NCBI GenBank assembly: GCA_024704765.1
Contig: JAKMXF010000313.1
Span: 347,515 to 411,514, forward strand
Origin: Oopsacas minuta
Lineage: Eukaryota > Animalia > Porifera
DNA: 64,000 bases
Direction of reading: 5' to 3'
Below, piece after piece: positions 22,547-34,616 of the stretch (positions are counted from its first letter, which is position 1; each line of letters opens with the position of its first letter). Under the pieces are notes generated by a model. That model made no database searches. It was not told where the DNA came from and saw only the letters and a list, made by a program, of their open reading frames with translations. Position numbers and translations under genes: made by a program.

Positions 22547-25426
22547 ATGATAAACAGGTCTCTCATTACTTCTTTCTTCAATTCTCCTCACAATAATGTA
22601 GACCCTCTTCAGCTGTCAGCTGTTAACACATCACCCATCCTCCTATCACCAGACTCACTGGAGAGTTTAGACGCTTTATCATTGCAGGGCGATCCTACTT
22701 TTGAGAATAAAGATTCCTCTCAACGCAAACACAAATCTTACCTACCTGAGAACATTTCAATCTTATCAGATCCAACTTTATTGGAGGAAGACAGATCTAT
22801 AGTTATATTAGAGGATAATTCTGTTATTAATGAAGAATTATTACCTGTACACATACAAACTAATTCAAACAAACAATCTACTCTGTCTGCTCTCTTCCAC
22901 ACTCCTACTCTACCTGATACAGCTGTAGAGAATCTTCCTGATAAGAGAGAGAAGAGAAAAGCAGCTGTCAAGGCTAGTCAGCAAATGACGGAGTTATTAA
23001 CTCATTCTAAGACAACTAAGCTAGCAACAGATGTGGAAGATGGGAATGTTATAGCCTCTATCTTTCTCAGCATTGCGGAGAAGAGAAGACTGAGACAAGA
23101 ACGTTCTGAAGAAGAGAGAAGATTAGAAAGAGAACAGAAAAGAGAACAAGAAATTGAAAAAGCAAAATATGAAGCATTCTTAAAATTCGCTACAGAGCCT
23201 ATTATACCAGCTGGTCCTATTGAACATGCTAATAACTCACAAACAAAACACACTCCTGATTACACACATATCTATTTATGGAATACTTTGCAACATGTTA
23301 CACAGTTATCTCAGGATAGAACTTACAACACAAGCTTCAAACCTCTTCAATATGTTAATGTAGAGATTTGTTCTCTAATCGAAATAGAAAATAATAACTA
23401 TAATTTCTTGAGTGATGAGACTGTGGTTGAGGATTCTAGAACTCTCGATTTAGATACGGTACAAGTATTAACTTCAGGAAGAGAGCAAGAGAGTATGATG
23501 TTAGAATTAGTAGAAATATTTCCTTATCTCCCTGTTAAGGAGTTATATACGTATTATTACTCTCTAACTTATCCGAATGATGTTAAGACAGATGTTTTAT
23601 CTACTCAGGGACTGAATACTGATAGTAAGAAGCGTACCCGACAGATGGAGACAGACAACCCCATCGCTTTTAAATCTAAACGTAGGAGAAACCAGTTATC
23701 TCCTTCAAACCAGTCTCAATCAAAAGATTGTCTTATAGTTGATTGTATAACTAAATATGATACAAATACAGGTACTGAAGAAACAGTACAATGGAGTGAT
23801 AAGTACCTCCCTGTTACCATTAGCCTACTTGTATCCGATACTAATTCTGTCAGTAAAATGAAAGAGTTCTTAAAAGAATGGCAGAAAGTAGAAAAAGAAG
23901 ATTCTTCTGAGAATAGCAGAGATTCTTCTGATGCAAAATCGAAGCCAGAAATGACAGATTCTAGTGATGATGACTTTGAAGTTTTCCTGAAAAGACACCG
24001 TGTGTTGGATGAAGATACTCAAGGAAGTACCAGCAGTTCAGAGCATGCATTAACAAGTACCATGCTGCTCACGGGTGGCGTGTCAGCTGGAAAAACTTCT
24101 TCTGTCTATGTTATTGCACAAGAGTTTGGTATGAAAGTAATGGAAATAAATTCTAGTATGAATCGTTCCGGTAGAGATCTACAGCTCTGTTTGTCTGAAG
24201 CTACACAGTCTTTCAGAGTTACGTCAAATATGAAAAATACACCTTATAAAAAAATACATTTGAATGAAAATGAGAATCCTTTAACCTCTTACTCTAGTCA
24301 CTTTACTAAAAATAGTCTAAAAGTTCAGAAAACTGATTTTCTGGCGAAACCTTCTAAAGAATGTGCACCTGCTAATCCTGTTTTGACATTGACGGATGAC
24401 ACCGTTATCCTTTTAGACGAGGTGGACTTACTCTTCGAATCAGAGAAGGGATTCTGGCCTGCATTCCAACATATCGCTAGGGAAACTAAGTTACCGATAT
24501 TCCTAACAGCTAATGAAGCAGATGATTATGAGAGAGTCCCTGATATCTTTACAAATCATACATGCTTTCAACCCATTCCTGTTACTAAGCTATCGCTTAT
24601 AATCATTCTCTTATTCTTAGTTCATAAAATTAAAATTCCTGTAACCCTATCAACCGATATTGCAATTTGTTTCTGGCCTGATCTCAGAAAGATCTTACAT
24701 GTTCTTCAGTTCTGGCTCACTCCTAATACACAGTTTACTGAACTCAAGAAAATAGTTCAAAACATAAGTTTATTTCTCTCATCTTTTATTATCAGAAATG
24801 AATCGTTTGTATTTAACACAAATTCGTTACTTTCCTCACATACTTGTTATAATATAAACGCTACTCTCAGGAGTGAAATTACACATATTAAGAAGTCTAA
24901 ACTTTATCTCTTACATCAGCAATATAGAGTTAGAAGTGTATTCTCTTCTTTGGAAATATATCAAGCTAAACTAATGTCAACTCAATCTCAATTTCCTCTA
25001 AAGACTATTACGTTAGGAGATGGATTCTCTCCCGAAATACTCCATATTCATAATCCTGAGTTTAATAAGTTTATGTGTGAGAATACCATACTTACAGAAT
25101 GCTATAATGCGAACAAGTTAGTTATTTCTCAGTACAATTTAGCTGAAGATTATTTAGAGAATTTAGCTAACGAGAAGAGACAATTCGATAAGAATAGAAT
25201 CTGGGAAAATAACCTACAAGAAATAAGTGAGAATATTCTTACAGACAGAAGTGGATTCCTTACACGTGAATTCGGACAACATTACCTGCCATATCTCAAG
25301 ATAATATGTATGTCAGAAGAAGAGAGACAACTGAATACAAGGAGAAGACAATTCAAACAATACTTATCTCCCACTCTCACTTCAAATCTGATTGATTTGT
25401 TAACAAATTCAGAATTAGTAAATTAG
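22547..25426 (+). CDS. ATAD5: ATPase family AAA domain-containing protein 5 (ELG1, PCNA unloader), intronless
   Basis: WSDKYLP motif; Walker A GGVSAGKT; EINSSMNRSG; Walker B region ILLDEVDLLFESEKGFW...TKLPIFLTAN typical of ATAD5/Elg1; 959 aa. Confidence 0.85.
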   Translation: MINRSLITSFFNSPHNNVDPLQLSAVNTSPILLSPDSLESLDALSLQGDPTFENKDSSQRKHKSYLPENISILSDPTLLEEDRSIVILEDNSVINEELLPVHIQTNSNKQSTLSALFHTPTLPDTAVENLPDKREKRKAAVKASQQMTELLTHSKTTKLATDVEDGNVIASIFLSIAEKRRLRQERSEEERRLEREQKREQEIEKAKYEAFLKFATEPIIPAGPIEHANNSQTKHTPDYTHIYLWNTLQHVTQLSQDRTYNTSFKPLQYVNVEICSLIEIENNNYNFLSDETVVEDSRTLDLDTVQVLTSGREQESMMLELVEIFPYLPVKELYTYYYSLTYPNDVKTDVLSTQGLNTDSKKRTRQMETDNPIAFKSKRRRNQLSPSNQSQSKDCLIVDCITKYDTNTGTEETVQWSDKYLPVTISLLVSDTNSVSKMKEFLKEWQKVEKEDSSENSRDSSDAKSKPEMTDSSDDDFEVFLKRHRVLDEDTQGSTSSSEHALTSTMLLTGGVSAGKTSSVYVIAQEFGMKVMEINSSMNRSGRDLQLCLSEATQSFRVTSNMKNTPYKKIHLNENENPLTSYSSHFTKNSLKVQKTDFLAKPSKECAPANPVLTLTDDTVILLDEVDLLFESEKGFWPAFQHIARETKLPIFLTANEADDYERVPDIFTNHTCFQPIPVTKLSLIIILLFLVHKIKIPVTLSTDIAICFWPDLRKILHVLQFWLTPNTQFTELKKIVQNISLFLSSFIIRNESFVFNTNSLLSSHTCYNINATLRSEITHIKKSKLYLLHQQYRVRSVFSSLEIYQAKLMSTQSQFPLKTITLGDGFSPEILHIHNPEFNKFMCENTILTECYNANKLVISQYNLAEDYLENLANEKRQFDKNRIWENNLQEISENILTDRSGFLTREFGQHYLPYLKIICMSEEERQLNTRRRQFKQYLSPTLTSNLIDLLTNSELVN

Positions 25427-26761
25427 GCATTTTCCTGTTGCGTTATTTATAAATGGATTGTAATTCAATTTTTGGCAGCCTTTCATTGTATCTGTAAACT
25501 GTAATGTAGAAATTGAGTTTATCAAGTTTTTAGTAAATTCAATTACAAATACAAGCTACATATAACTACTAATTGTTGATTGAATATGTGCAGGCATATA
25601 CCTCCGTCAATATACTGAAAGCTCAATCGATATAATTATTTGATTTTCATGATAAAAGTTGCCATAACTTCTTCAGTATTGATTTATTCAGTCAGAATTT
25701 CTTAGAACCAATAAATTATTTGTTCTTTATATGTTCAATTATACTCTGTCGCAATGGATATGCAGTAATTAATTCATTTACACTTTTGTAGTTTAGAAGA
25801 TTATCTATTATACTCGTATCCACGTGCCACTAATGATAACCACCACTTTATGTTAGTGCCATAAATGGCTTGAAGAAAAAACTTACTAAGCCACTCTGAA
25901 ACACCGTACGCTATATTATCCATTCAGTACAAACACGAATAAGAACGTTGATGTTGCTTAAGAATCCAATTACTGATTCCAGCTAGGTTCAGGATAGCAA
26001 ATGTAGTGTTTGATAAAATAATATTAATTCTGTGGACAAAATTATTTAGGATTTCTAATTACGTAATTACTCTTCAAAATCTTTGCTGAATTAGTCCAAA
26101 CATAACTATGATCCAAAGGATTGTTACCCGAGCTAGCGCTAGCATAGGAAAATGCTCTGTTCATACAAACTTCAGTATTTGTATTATTACATCGTGAATA
26201 ATAGAATTGCATAATACGAACCCTCTTAATCATACTAATACGTTTATAAATTATTCAATTTCCTTTACAATTTACTACTTTACTTTCTCCCACACACAAT
26301 TCATGCCAGACTGTAACTATTTCTACCAATTAACTATTCACATGCGGTATACTCATTAGTGGTCACTAACCCACAATCGTGGTTATATATTGTATAATTT
26401 GCTTGACAATAGTTGTTGTGAACGGACATTAGTCTGTTGCTTCTCAAATTGTACTCTTTTCATTTTATAAAATACATAATTATCGATTTGGCCATGATTA
26501 TGACTTCTATTTATTTATTACTCCAGAGCGGTAGTAACAAACTTGTAGCGGATTAGTATCAGCGTCCACTAAATACTTTATACATGATTCCTTGCTAGTT
26601 CAGAAACCTCAATAGAATAAACCTGTACAGACAATTACAAACTAATTGTACTGTGACTAGTTTCTTCTGTTGAAAGTATAAGAGACTTGTACAGGCATAT
26701 ATATCAGGTAGGTTTTACAAGATAATTATTATTATACTAAATCTGCTTAGTGCTAGCATAT

Positions 26762-28009
26762 ATGAGCCAGGCGAACAAAGTTTCTTTAAACACACTTCTG
26801 GCCAGTGAGCCAAGCAGAGACTCTCTGAAGCCCTCAGAAGTTGACATGAATCATTCGTCCAACGCCCCGAATTACAAGGTGGGTAAGAAGATTGGAAGTG
26901 GAAATTTCGGTGAATTACGGCTGGGACAGAACTTACAAACGAACGAGCACACAGCAATAAAGTTGGAGTCTGCTAGATGTCGGACACCCCAGCTCTACCT
27001 GGAGAATAGATTCTACAGATGTCTAGGCAGTGGGGAAGGAATCCCTCGCATACATTACTATGGACCGTGCGGTCGTTATAATGCACTAGTACTGGAGCTA
27101 CTGGGTCCAAGCTTAGAGGATTTATTTGAAATTTGTGGAAGAAAGTTCTCAGTAAAGACAGTAGTACTAATTGCTCTACAACTAATTGAACGCGTTCAGT
27201 TTGTACATAATAAATCTCTGATTTTTCGAGATATCAAACCGGAAAACTTTCTAATTGGGCGTCCTTATACTACTAAGGCTCGCACACTTTATATAATAGA
27301 CTTTGGCTTAGCAAAAGAGTATCGAGATAATGTTACTGAGAAACACATTCCATATAGAGAGAATAAGAGTTTGACTGGTACTGCTCGCTACATGAGCACT
27401 AACACACATCTGGGAAGAGAGCAAAGTCGTAGAGACGATCTAGAAGCTTTAGGTCATATGTTTATGTATTTTCTACGCGGAAGTTTGCCATGGCAAGGTT
27501 TGAAGGCTGACACATTGAGGGAGAGATACCAAAAGATAGGAGAGACTAAGAGGAGTACACCCATTGAGCTCCTCTGTGAGAACCATCCCGAGGAGTTTGC
27601 TAAATACCTCGATTATGTACGTAAACTGGACTTCTATCAAGAGCCTGATTATGAATATCTCAAGTCAATGTTCCTGGGACTATATAAGAAGCGAAAATAT
27701 GAGTTTGATAGCAAATTTGATTGGTCGGGGAGAGAACATCTCACTCCTATCGGTAAAATAATTTCTGAACTTTCAACAAAACCTCTACCTACCCCTGAAC
27801 ATCCTACCCCGCCCAAATCTCTCCCAGATTCAGAGATTCATCCTAACCCAACCAACACAACTAAATTACATGAAGTATTACATGACACACCATCTGCTAT
27901 ACCTAAAGTTAGACCAAACGTGCCAACTGCTTCTCCAGGAATTGTGGAGACTAGAAGATGTTGTGGCTGTTTCTTCTCAAAGAAAAAGGTACGGTCTCCC
28001 AATGAATGA
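26762..28009 (+). CDS. CSNK1G: Casein kinase I gamma, intronless
   Basis: [69 protein letters not shown]; C-terminal CCGCFF cysteine cluster like the palmitoylated CK1-gamma tails. The ORF opens at 26750; the ATG at 26762 is preferred. Confidence 0.93.
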   Translation: MSQANKVSLNTLLASEPSRDSLKPSEVDMNHSSNAPNYKVGKKIGSGNFGELRLGQNLQTNEHTAIKLESARCRTPQLYLENRFYRCLGSGEGIPRIHYYGPCGRYNALVLELLGPSLEDLFEICGRKFSVKTVVLIALQLIERVQFVHNKSLIFRDIKPENFLIGRPYTTKARTLYIIDFGLAKEYRDNVTEKHIPYRENKSLTGTARYMSTNTHLGREQSRRDDLEALGHMFMYFLRGSLPWQGLKADTLRERYQKIGETKRSTPIELLCENHPEEFAKYLDYVRKLDFYQEPDYEYLKSMFLGLYKKRKYEFDSKFDWSGREHLTPIGKIISELSTKPLPTPEHPTPPKSLPDSEIHPNPTNTTKLHEVLHDTPSAIPKVRPNVPTASPGIVETRRCCGCFFSKKKVRSPNE

Positions 28010-28706
28010 CACAACACATACACACACTAATTACAATGTATTCATTGTACAGATGCCTGTTTATATGACAAATTTTTATTGGTATTAGTAAATCGATCAG
28101 TAACAGGTTACTGTACTCATTAATGAACTTCTCGTTCTATTGATATAATGTAACGCACTAGATGTTTTTATTTTGTCCTTTTGATAGCACGTTCTTCTTT
28201 TGAAGCACTTGTTTTTAGTATGACAAGGTACACAAGTCCTACTGTACATTATCCACTCAAACTCTATCTGAATGAATTGCTATTCTTTATTCATATACGT
28301 AATCTATTTTATCTTGTAAATGATTCAAGCACTAGTTAACTGATGGATTGTCTTACAATTACAATATTGCTCCAAGTAGAATTGGGCTTATACCATATAC
28401 CCAAATCTCCTAATAAATATTTAACAAATCTATATTTATTTAAATTGATACAGCTAGAATATTCTTGGGTTATCTAAATTATTTAAAATATTCAATAGCC
28501 TCTGAAGCTGAATTATTTCATAGGGAATTCACTTGGATTCAATATTTGTATGTTAAATAATAATTTCAAAATATTACATATATTTCCCTTCCTACCAGTC
28601 ACGCGATATAAATAAGGAGAAATTATTGTGAGATAATTATTTGGCTGATAATTCTGTGAATTATTAAATTATACCAATTCAATTATTGCAGTAGATACAG
28701 AGTTCA

Positions 28707-29723
28707 ATGGCTTCAGAGACCTTAGCCAAACTGGAGAGCATGAATACTGACACGATGACGGTTGCTAGGTTCGTGTTAGAGGAGCAGAAGGCTAATCCGC
28801 ATGCCACGGGCTCATTCACCATTCTACTACAGTCTATCTTGACTGCTATAAAGGCAGTCTCTCAAGCTGTCAGGAGAGCAGGCTTCGCACAACTACACGG
28901 TAAAGTGGGTGTAACTAATGTACAGGGAGAAGAGGTAGCAAAGCTTGATGTACTCGCTAATGATATGTTTGTAAATATGCTGAAGTCTAGTTTCGAGGTA
29001 GGATTGATGATATCAGAAGAAGATGAATCTGTAATTGAAGTAGACCTGAAGCATCAGGGACGGTACATTGTGTGTTTTGATCCTCTGGACGGGTCAAGTA
29101 ATATAGACTGCCTTGTGTCTATTGGTTCTATTTTTAGTATATTTAAGCGGGAAACAGCTGATCCTGTCAATCAGAACGAAGTTCTGAAGCCAGGTAGCAC
29201 TATGATAGCTGCTGGCTACGCTCTGTATGGGAATGCTACAATGGTAGTTCTGACTAGCGGGAATGGAGTAAATGGGTTTACTCTAGACCCTTCCATAGGT
29301 GAATTTATTCTTACTAACCCTAATATACAAATTAAACCGAAAGGAAAGATATTCTCAATCAATGAGGGATATGCTGCTTTCTGGGAAGAATCTGTAACTA
29401 AGTATATTCATAAATGTAAGTTTCCTGAGAGCGGGAGCCCTATGAATGCTAGATATGTGGGATCCATGGTTGCAGACGTGCATCGTACTCTCGTGTACGG
29501 TGGCATATTCTTGTACCCAGCCAACAAGAAGAGTCCCAAAGGGAAACTCCGTTATTTATACGAAGCTGCTCCTATGGCCTTTATAATAGAACAGGCAGGT
29601 GGTAAGGCTACGACTGGTAAGAAGAGGATATTAGATGTAGTACCGGAGAATATTCATGACAGAGTCCCTGTGGTGTTGGGGTCTACTCAGGATGTGGATG
29701 AGTATCTTTCTTTCTGTGTGTAG
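28707..29723 (+). CDS. FBP1: Fructose-1,6-bisphosphatase (class I), intronless
   Basis: NVQGEEVAKLDV, SEED, FDPLDGSSNID, RYVGSMVADVHRTL, KLRYLYE; 338 aa. Confidence 0.97.
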   Translation: MASETLAKLESMNTDTMTVARFVLEEQKANPHATGSFTILLQSILTAIKAVSQAVRRAGFAQLHGKVGVTNVQGEEVAKLDVLANDMFVNMLKSSFEVGLMISEEDESVIEVDLKHQGRYIVCFDPLDGSSNIDCLVSIGSIFSIFKRETADPVNQNEVLKPGSTMIAAGYALYGNATMVVLTSGNGVNGFTLDPSIGEFILTNPNIQIKPKGKIFSINEGYAAFWEESVTKYIHKCKFPESGSPMNARYVGSMVADVHRTLVYGGIFLYPANKKSPKGKLRYLYEAAPMAFIIEQAGGKATTGKKRILDVVPENIHDRVPVVLGSTQDVDEYLSFCV

Positions 29724-29989
29724 AACTACCACCTATCTATCTATATAGAGTTTGTTTTATCTCGAGATTTGTTTGAAATTCCAGGTTGTTAGTTATCCTA
29801 TTTATTCAATTATTAGTATATAATTATATAATTATTACTACCATAGGATTCTATACTTTAATGCAATGGTACTGATTGAGGACTTGGACTAGGGATACGT
29901 CAAGCCAGTGCTAAGGAATTCTATTAGTTACGAAAAATTTGAAACGTTACATTTTGGTCCGAATAAATGTATTATTGATATTTGACATG

Positions 29990-30695
29990 ACGCGCAGTCT
30001 ACATCTACAAACTATTTTCAGGCCAAAATGACGTCATTTGATTACTTAGCGAATATGTCAGAAAAATGTTCCAGTTTTGAAAATCTGTAGGGAGTAATTA
30101 ATACAATTACGGCTTCAAGATTTATACCTGGGGTATCCATAAATCCCATGGTTTAAATCTTCACGGATGTCCTATTTTTGGCAATATTCACCAATAACTT
30201 GACAACCTCCAATGCTATGGCAAAATCATCAACACAGATATGTAGTATATACTCGAATTCCCATACCCTGATAATCATTTGATATGATGTCTCTGATGGT
30301 TATGAAGCAATCTTGAAAATGACCATATATGGCATTATTGATGACTACAATATTCTTTCGAGATATCATATCAAAATGTATTATCAGGGTATGGGAAGTT
30401 GAGTATATACTACATTTCTGTTTGATGATTTGGCCATAGCATTGGAAGTTGTCAAGTTATTGGTGAATATTGGCAAGAATATGCCATCCATGGTCACTAC
30501 TATAACTCTAGAACGCGGGAACTTTATCATGGCAAATCTTGATATTTTGTACAGTAACATCCGGATATCCCATGGCATAAATCTTAAAAACTTAAATGTA
30601 TAAATTTACTCTCTACAAAGTTTCAAAACTGTAACATTTTTCTGACATATTTGCTAATTAAGAGATCAAATGACTTAATTGTGTAGACTGCGAGT
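29990..30695. mobile_element. Foldback-type long-inverted-repeat element, copy 2
   Basis: Outer arms CGCAGTCTACA (29993) / TGTAGACTGCG (30692); inner arms about 30180-30292 and 30360-30474 (roughly 90% complementary); same loop motif as copy 1. Confidence 0.75.
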
Positions 30696-33021
30696 GGGAA
30701 AGAAGCAATTAAATGAAGAACTTCGTTCAGAGGTTCTACTTAACTGTTGGGAGCCTCCCGACAATTATAAATTTCCTCCAATTATCCAAGGAGGTAGGGA
30801 GAGATATTTTAATAGCAAATGGCTTATTAACTACACGTGGCTTGCTTATTCTGAAATTTATCAGGCGGGTTTTGCAAAATTTGTGTCCTATTTCTCGACC
30901 GACATGATAAACGTGTGGGTAAGGGGGTTCACAAATGGTGGGCTCCTTAGTAACCAAGGCATTGACCAACTACAAGTGTGCAATTGAATTATTCAACAAA
31001 CATAGTCAGTTAATTTATCATAGAGACTGTTGTGTAGCATGCGAAACTTTCAAAAGGACGGTAGGGACACCGAGACTTGATATTCAAGACCAGCTTGATC
31101 GACAAAGAATTAAACAGAAACTGTTAAACCGCCAGAGATTAGTACCTATAATCGAGACCATCCTCTTGTTAGGTAGACAGGAGTTATCATTTCGCGGACA
31201 CAGGGGTGAATCTAAAGAATTAGATATTGAAGAACCGAAAGAAAATGATGGTAACTTTCGTGCTGCGCTAAGATTACCTCTAAGAGCAGGAGATATTGTA
31301 TTGAAAGACCACCTCGAATCCAGTGGATCCAATTCTAAATATTTAAGTCCAATGATCCAGAACGAGGTTATCAAGATTAGTGGAACATTGATTTGTCAAA
31401 CAATAGCTTCCGAAGTCCAGAAAAGCATACCATTCTCTATTTTAGCAAATGGATCAGCGGATGTTTCTGCTCATGAGCAGCTTTCAATTTTCAGTTCGCT
31501 ATGTTTTTCGATCGGAATGCTCAGTCTTTTTAAGGGAAATGTTTCTTGGCTTTGTTACAGTTTCAGATCTAACTGGAGAAGGAAAGACAATCATTTCATT
31601 CTGTGTTTCTACTGGATTAGATTTGAATAACATGGTGGGATTAGGTTCGGATGGTGCTAGCGCTATGTCTGGGAAGTTCAAAGGAGTGCAGGCATGAATC
31701 CGCGAATTATATCCAATGGTTCACTACACACACTTCATCGCACAGCTTAAATTTAGCAATTGGAAAAGCTAACACTGTTATTCTTGGAAGCGTATTTTCT
31801 AATCTTTCCTCCATAATTTCCTTCTTTCATGGTTACCCTTTGCGAGAAGAGAAACTACGCCAAGCAATATGCCCAGAATCTAAGCGACAGCGATTGAAAA
31901 CAATTTGTGCAACAAGATGGGTCGAACGACATGATGCAATTCTTGTGTTCATGGAATTAATCGAGGCAATTGTTACCTATTTAGAAGAACTAACTCTTGT
32001 ACCAGGAGAGACAGGTTCGAAAGCAAACCAACTTGTTCTTGTCTGCACATTATTTGACTTTCTATACTCAAGTACACTTTTAGAATATCCAAGCGCCCTT
32101 CTGCTGACAGTTTCTAAGCAATTACAGTCGCCAACATTGGATTTGGGTAACATTTGCTCAATGATTGAAAATGTGATTTCCATTTTCGAAAGGAAATGAA
32201 TCAAAATGATGCTTGTACGCGAATTTACATTAAGGCTAAATCTAGAGCTGAAACTTTGGGGGTTTCAGTTACTTTACCAAGAGCTTTTGCAAGAAGTAAC
32301 CCCGAATTCGTTGGAAAAGAAGAGTCTTTTTATAAAAAATGCGTTTTCATTCCATATTATCAGTGGCTGATTGAACAACTGAACTTAAGGTTTTTGAAGC
32401 ACAAACAAAGTTTTTACAATTCAGAAACTTATTCCAAGTTTTGGGAAATATGCCAACAGAGGAAATGCAAAAAGTATTAGAGCCCATGGACACAATATTA
32501 CATTTAGCTCTTCAGAAATCGAGGCACAAATGAAAATTTGGGTTGAAAAGAAATGGAAGGGAGAGCTGATTCCTGATAATGCTGTTAACTCATTAGCACA
32601 CTGCAATAGAGACATAATGCCGGCTATATTCCGTTTCCTACAGATATTTTCAACGATACCAATAACAACCGCAACAAGTGAAAGGAGCTTTTCAACCATG
32701 AAGCGTATAAAGACCTATCTTAGAAATTCTATGGGAGAAGAAAGATTATCAGGTCTTGCAATTATATCTGCCCATGGACGTGAAATACAAAATTGAACCA
32801 GAGGAAATCATAAATGAAATAGCTAAAATTAACAGGAAGGTTGACATTGTTTTGTAGTGTATCTGTAGTATTAGTAAAGACAACAATATTTCAAGTGGTT
32901 TTGGGACATAGCCCCGTAAGTATTCCACTGATTGGGATAGATAAATATAAATTGCAATCAATCATCAAAATATTTCGGGGGGGCCATGGCCCCCTTGTCC
33001 CCTCCCCTGACTACGCCACTG
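30696..33021 (+). mobile_element. Decayed hAT transposon (PRKRIR/THAP12/ZMYM-like transposase pseudogene) with intact right TIR
   Basis: Fragmented ORFs 30679-32796: WL.YTWLAYS zinc-finger-like segment, DUF4371-like GRQELSFRGH and YLSPMIQNEVI, TRWVERHDA, and dimerisation motif TATSERSFSTMKRIKTYLRNSMGEERLSGLA. First catalytic Asp reads Asn (SILANGSAD). Right TIR CCTGACTACGCCACTG ends at 33021; left end not found. Confidence 0.88.
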
Positions 33022-33300
33022 TACTGAGGTAGCAGTGTATGCTGAGTCCAAATATGATATTGTAAACAACATATTGTGAATATTTGTTTACTTTAGGGAC
33101 ATAAAGAAAATAAATTTCAAAATTGAGGTAGAATCGTACTTTCAACGACCTTACTGAGCTAATCGAGTATATTGAGTCTGAATAATGTAAACAACATCAA
33201 AATTATTAAATCTCAATTGTTGTTTGTCTGTTTGTTTGTCTATTGAATACCTCGAGGCGTAATGCGACGAGTTCATCGTGAAGCGACGAACCAAGGCTCG
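33022..33300 (+). mobile_element. 3' part of a Helitron (same family as 13516-14655)
   Basis: Repeat units, internal TAAATCTCAATTGTTGTTTG and terminal ATCGTGAAGCGACGAACCAAGGCTCG|T. Confidence 0.7.
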
Positions 33301-33414
33301 TAAAGATATATAATTGAAAACGTGATCTAAAAATGGAAATGAAAAAGGTAACAAACAAATATTCAAAAATCTATTTAGTTTAGCTCTACAAAGCTGCCGT
33401 AAATACATCCAGAC

Positions 33415-34548
33415 ATGGGCAGTAACGAAGGAAATAGATTTTTGGTGATTGATAATGGTTCAGGAATGATTAAGGCAGGATTTGCAGGAGATGATGAACC
33501 TCGTGCTGTCTTCCCAGCTATTGTGGGGAGACCTCGTCACAGTGGTATCATGGTTGGTATGAGTCAGAAACATTACTATGTTGGAGATGAATCTCAGAGT
33601 AAACGTGGCATCTTAGCTCTATATTATCCCATGGAACACGGTATAGTTACTAACTGGGATGATATGGAGCATATCTGGCATCATACATTCTATAATGAGT
33701 TACGTGTAGCACCAGAAGAATGTGGAGTTCTGATGACAGAATCACCTCTCACCCCTAAGGCTAACCAAGAGAAAATGGTCCAGATAATGTTTGAAACATT
33801 CAGCATTCCATTTCTCCACCAATGTATCCATCCTATACTATCTCTCTATGCTTCTGGTCGTACTACAGGACTTGTTATTGACTCTGGAGCAAGTGTGTCT
33901 CATGTTGTTCCTATCTTCAAGCAACATGCATGTACACATGCAATTCTACGTCAGGATATTGCAGCTGGTAGAGACTTGACTGACTACTTGATGAAGATAC
34001 TGTGTGAGCGTGGTTACTCATTTACTACGTCAGCAGAACGAGAGATAGTTCGGGACATTAAGGAGAAGTTGGGTTACGTGTCTATAAACTTTGATGAAGA
34101 GATCCATGAGAGTGAACCTGATGATACTCTCGAGAAGAAGTATGAATTACCCGATGGACAGGTAATAACTATTGGGAATGAGAGATACCGTTGTACCGAA
34201 CCAATCTTCAAGCCTTCTCTCATAGGAATGAGTGCTTGTGGGATACAAGATCTAGTCTATAGTTCTGTCATGAAGTGTGACATTGACTTACGTAAATACC
34301 TCTTCAAGAATATTATCCTATCTGGAGGTAACACAATGTTTTGTGGATACTCACAGCGTATTGAGAAGGAAGTAACCCAATTAGCTCCAACATGTGATAA
34401 AGTAAAAGTTATAGCTCCTCCTGAGAGGAAATACAGTACTTGGATTGGAGGATCTATTCTAGCTTCAATGACTGATTTCTATAAAATTTGTATATCTCAT
34501 GATGAGTATGAGGAGTATGGACCCTCTCTTGTACATAGAAGATTTTAA
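33415..34548 (+). CDS. Divergent actin, intronless
   Basis: [58 protein letters not shown]; 377 aa with many substitutions relative to conventional actin. Confidence 0.92.
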   Translation: MGSNEGNRFLVIDNGSGMIKAGFAGDDEPRAVFPAIVGRPRHSGIMVGMSQKHYYVGDESQSKRGILALYYPMEHGIVTNWDDMEHIWHHTFYNELRVAPEECGVLMTESPLTPKANQEKMVQIMFETFSIPFLHQCIHPILSLYASGRTTGLVIDSGASVSHVVPIFKQHACTHAILRQDIAAGRDLTDYLMKILCERGYSFTTSAEREIVRDIKEKLGYVSINFDEEIHESEPDDTLEKKYELPDGQVITIGNERYRCTEPIFKPSLIGMSACGIQDLVYSSVMKCDIDLRKYLFKNIILSGGNTMFCGYSQRIEKEVTQLAPTCDKVKVIAPPERKYSTWIGGSILASMTDFYKICISHDEYEEYGPSLVHRRF

Positions 34549-34616
34549 TTGTAAATTTGTATATATTTGTCTCTCCTATGGTACCCAGAAGTTTCGTCCA
34601 ATTGAAAAGTCCCCAT

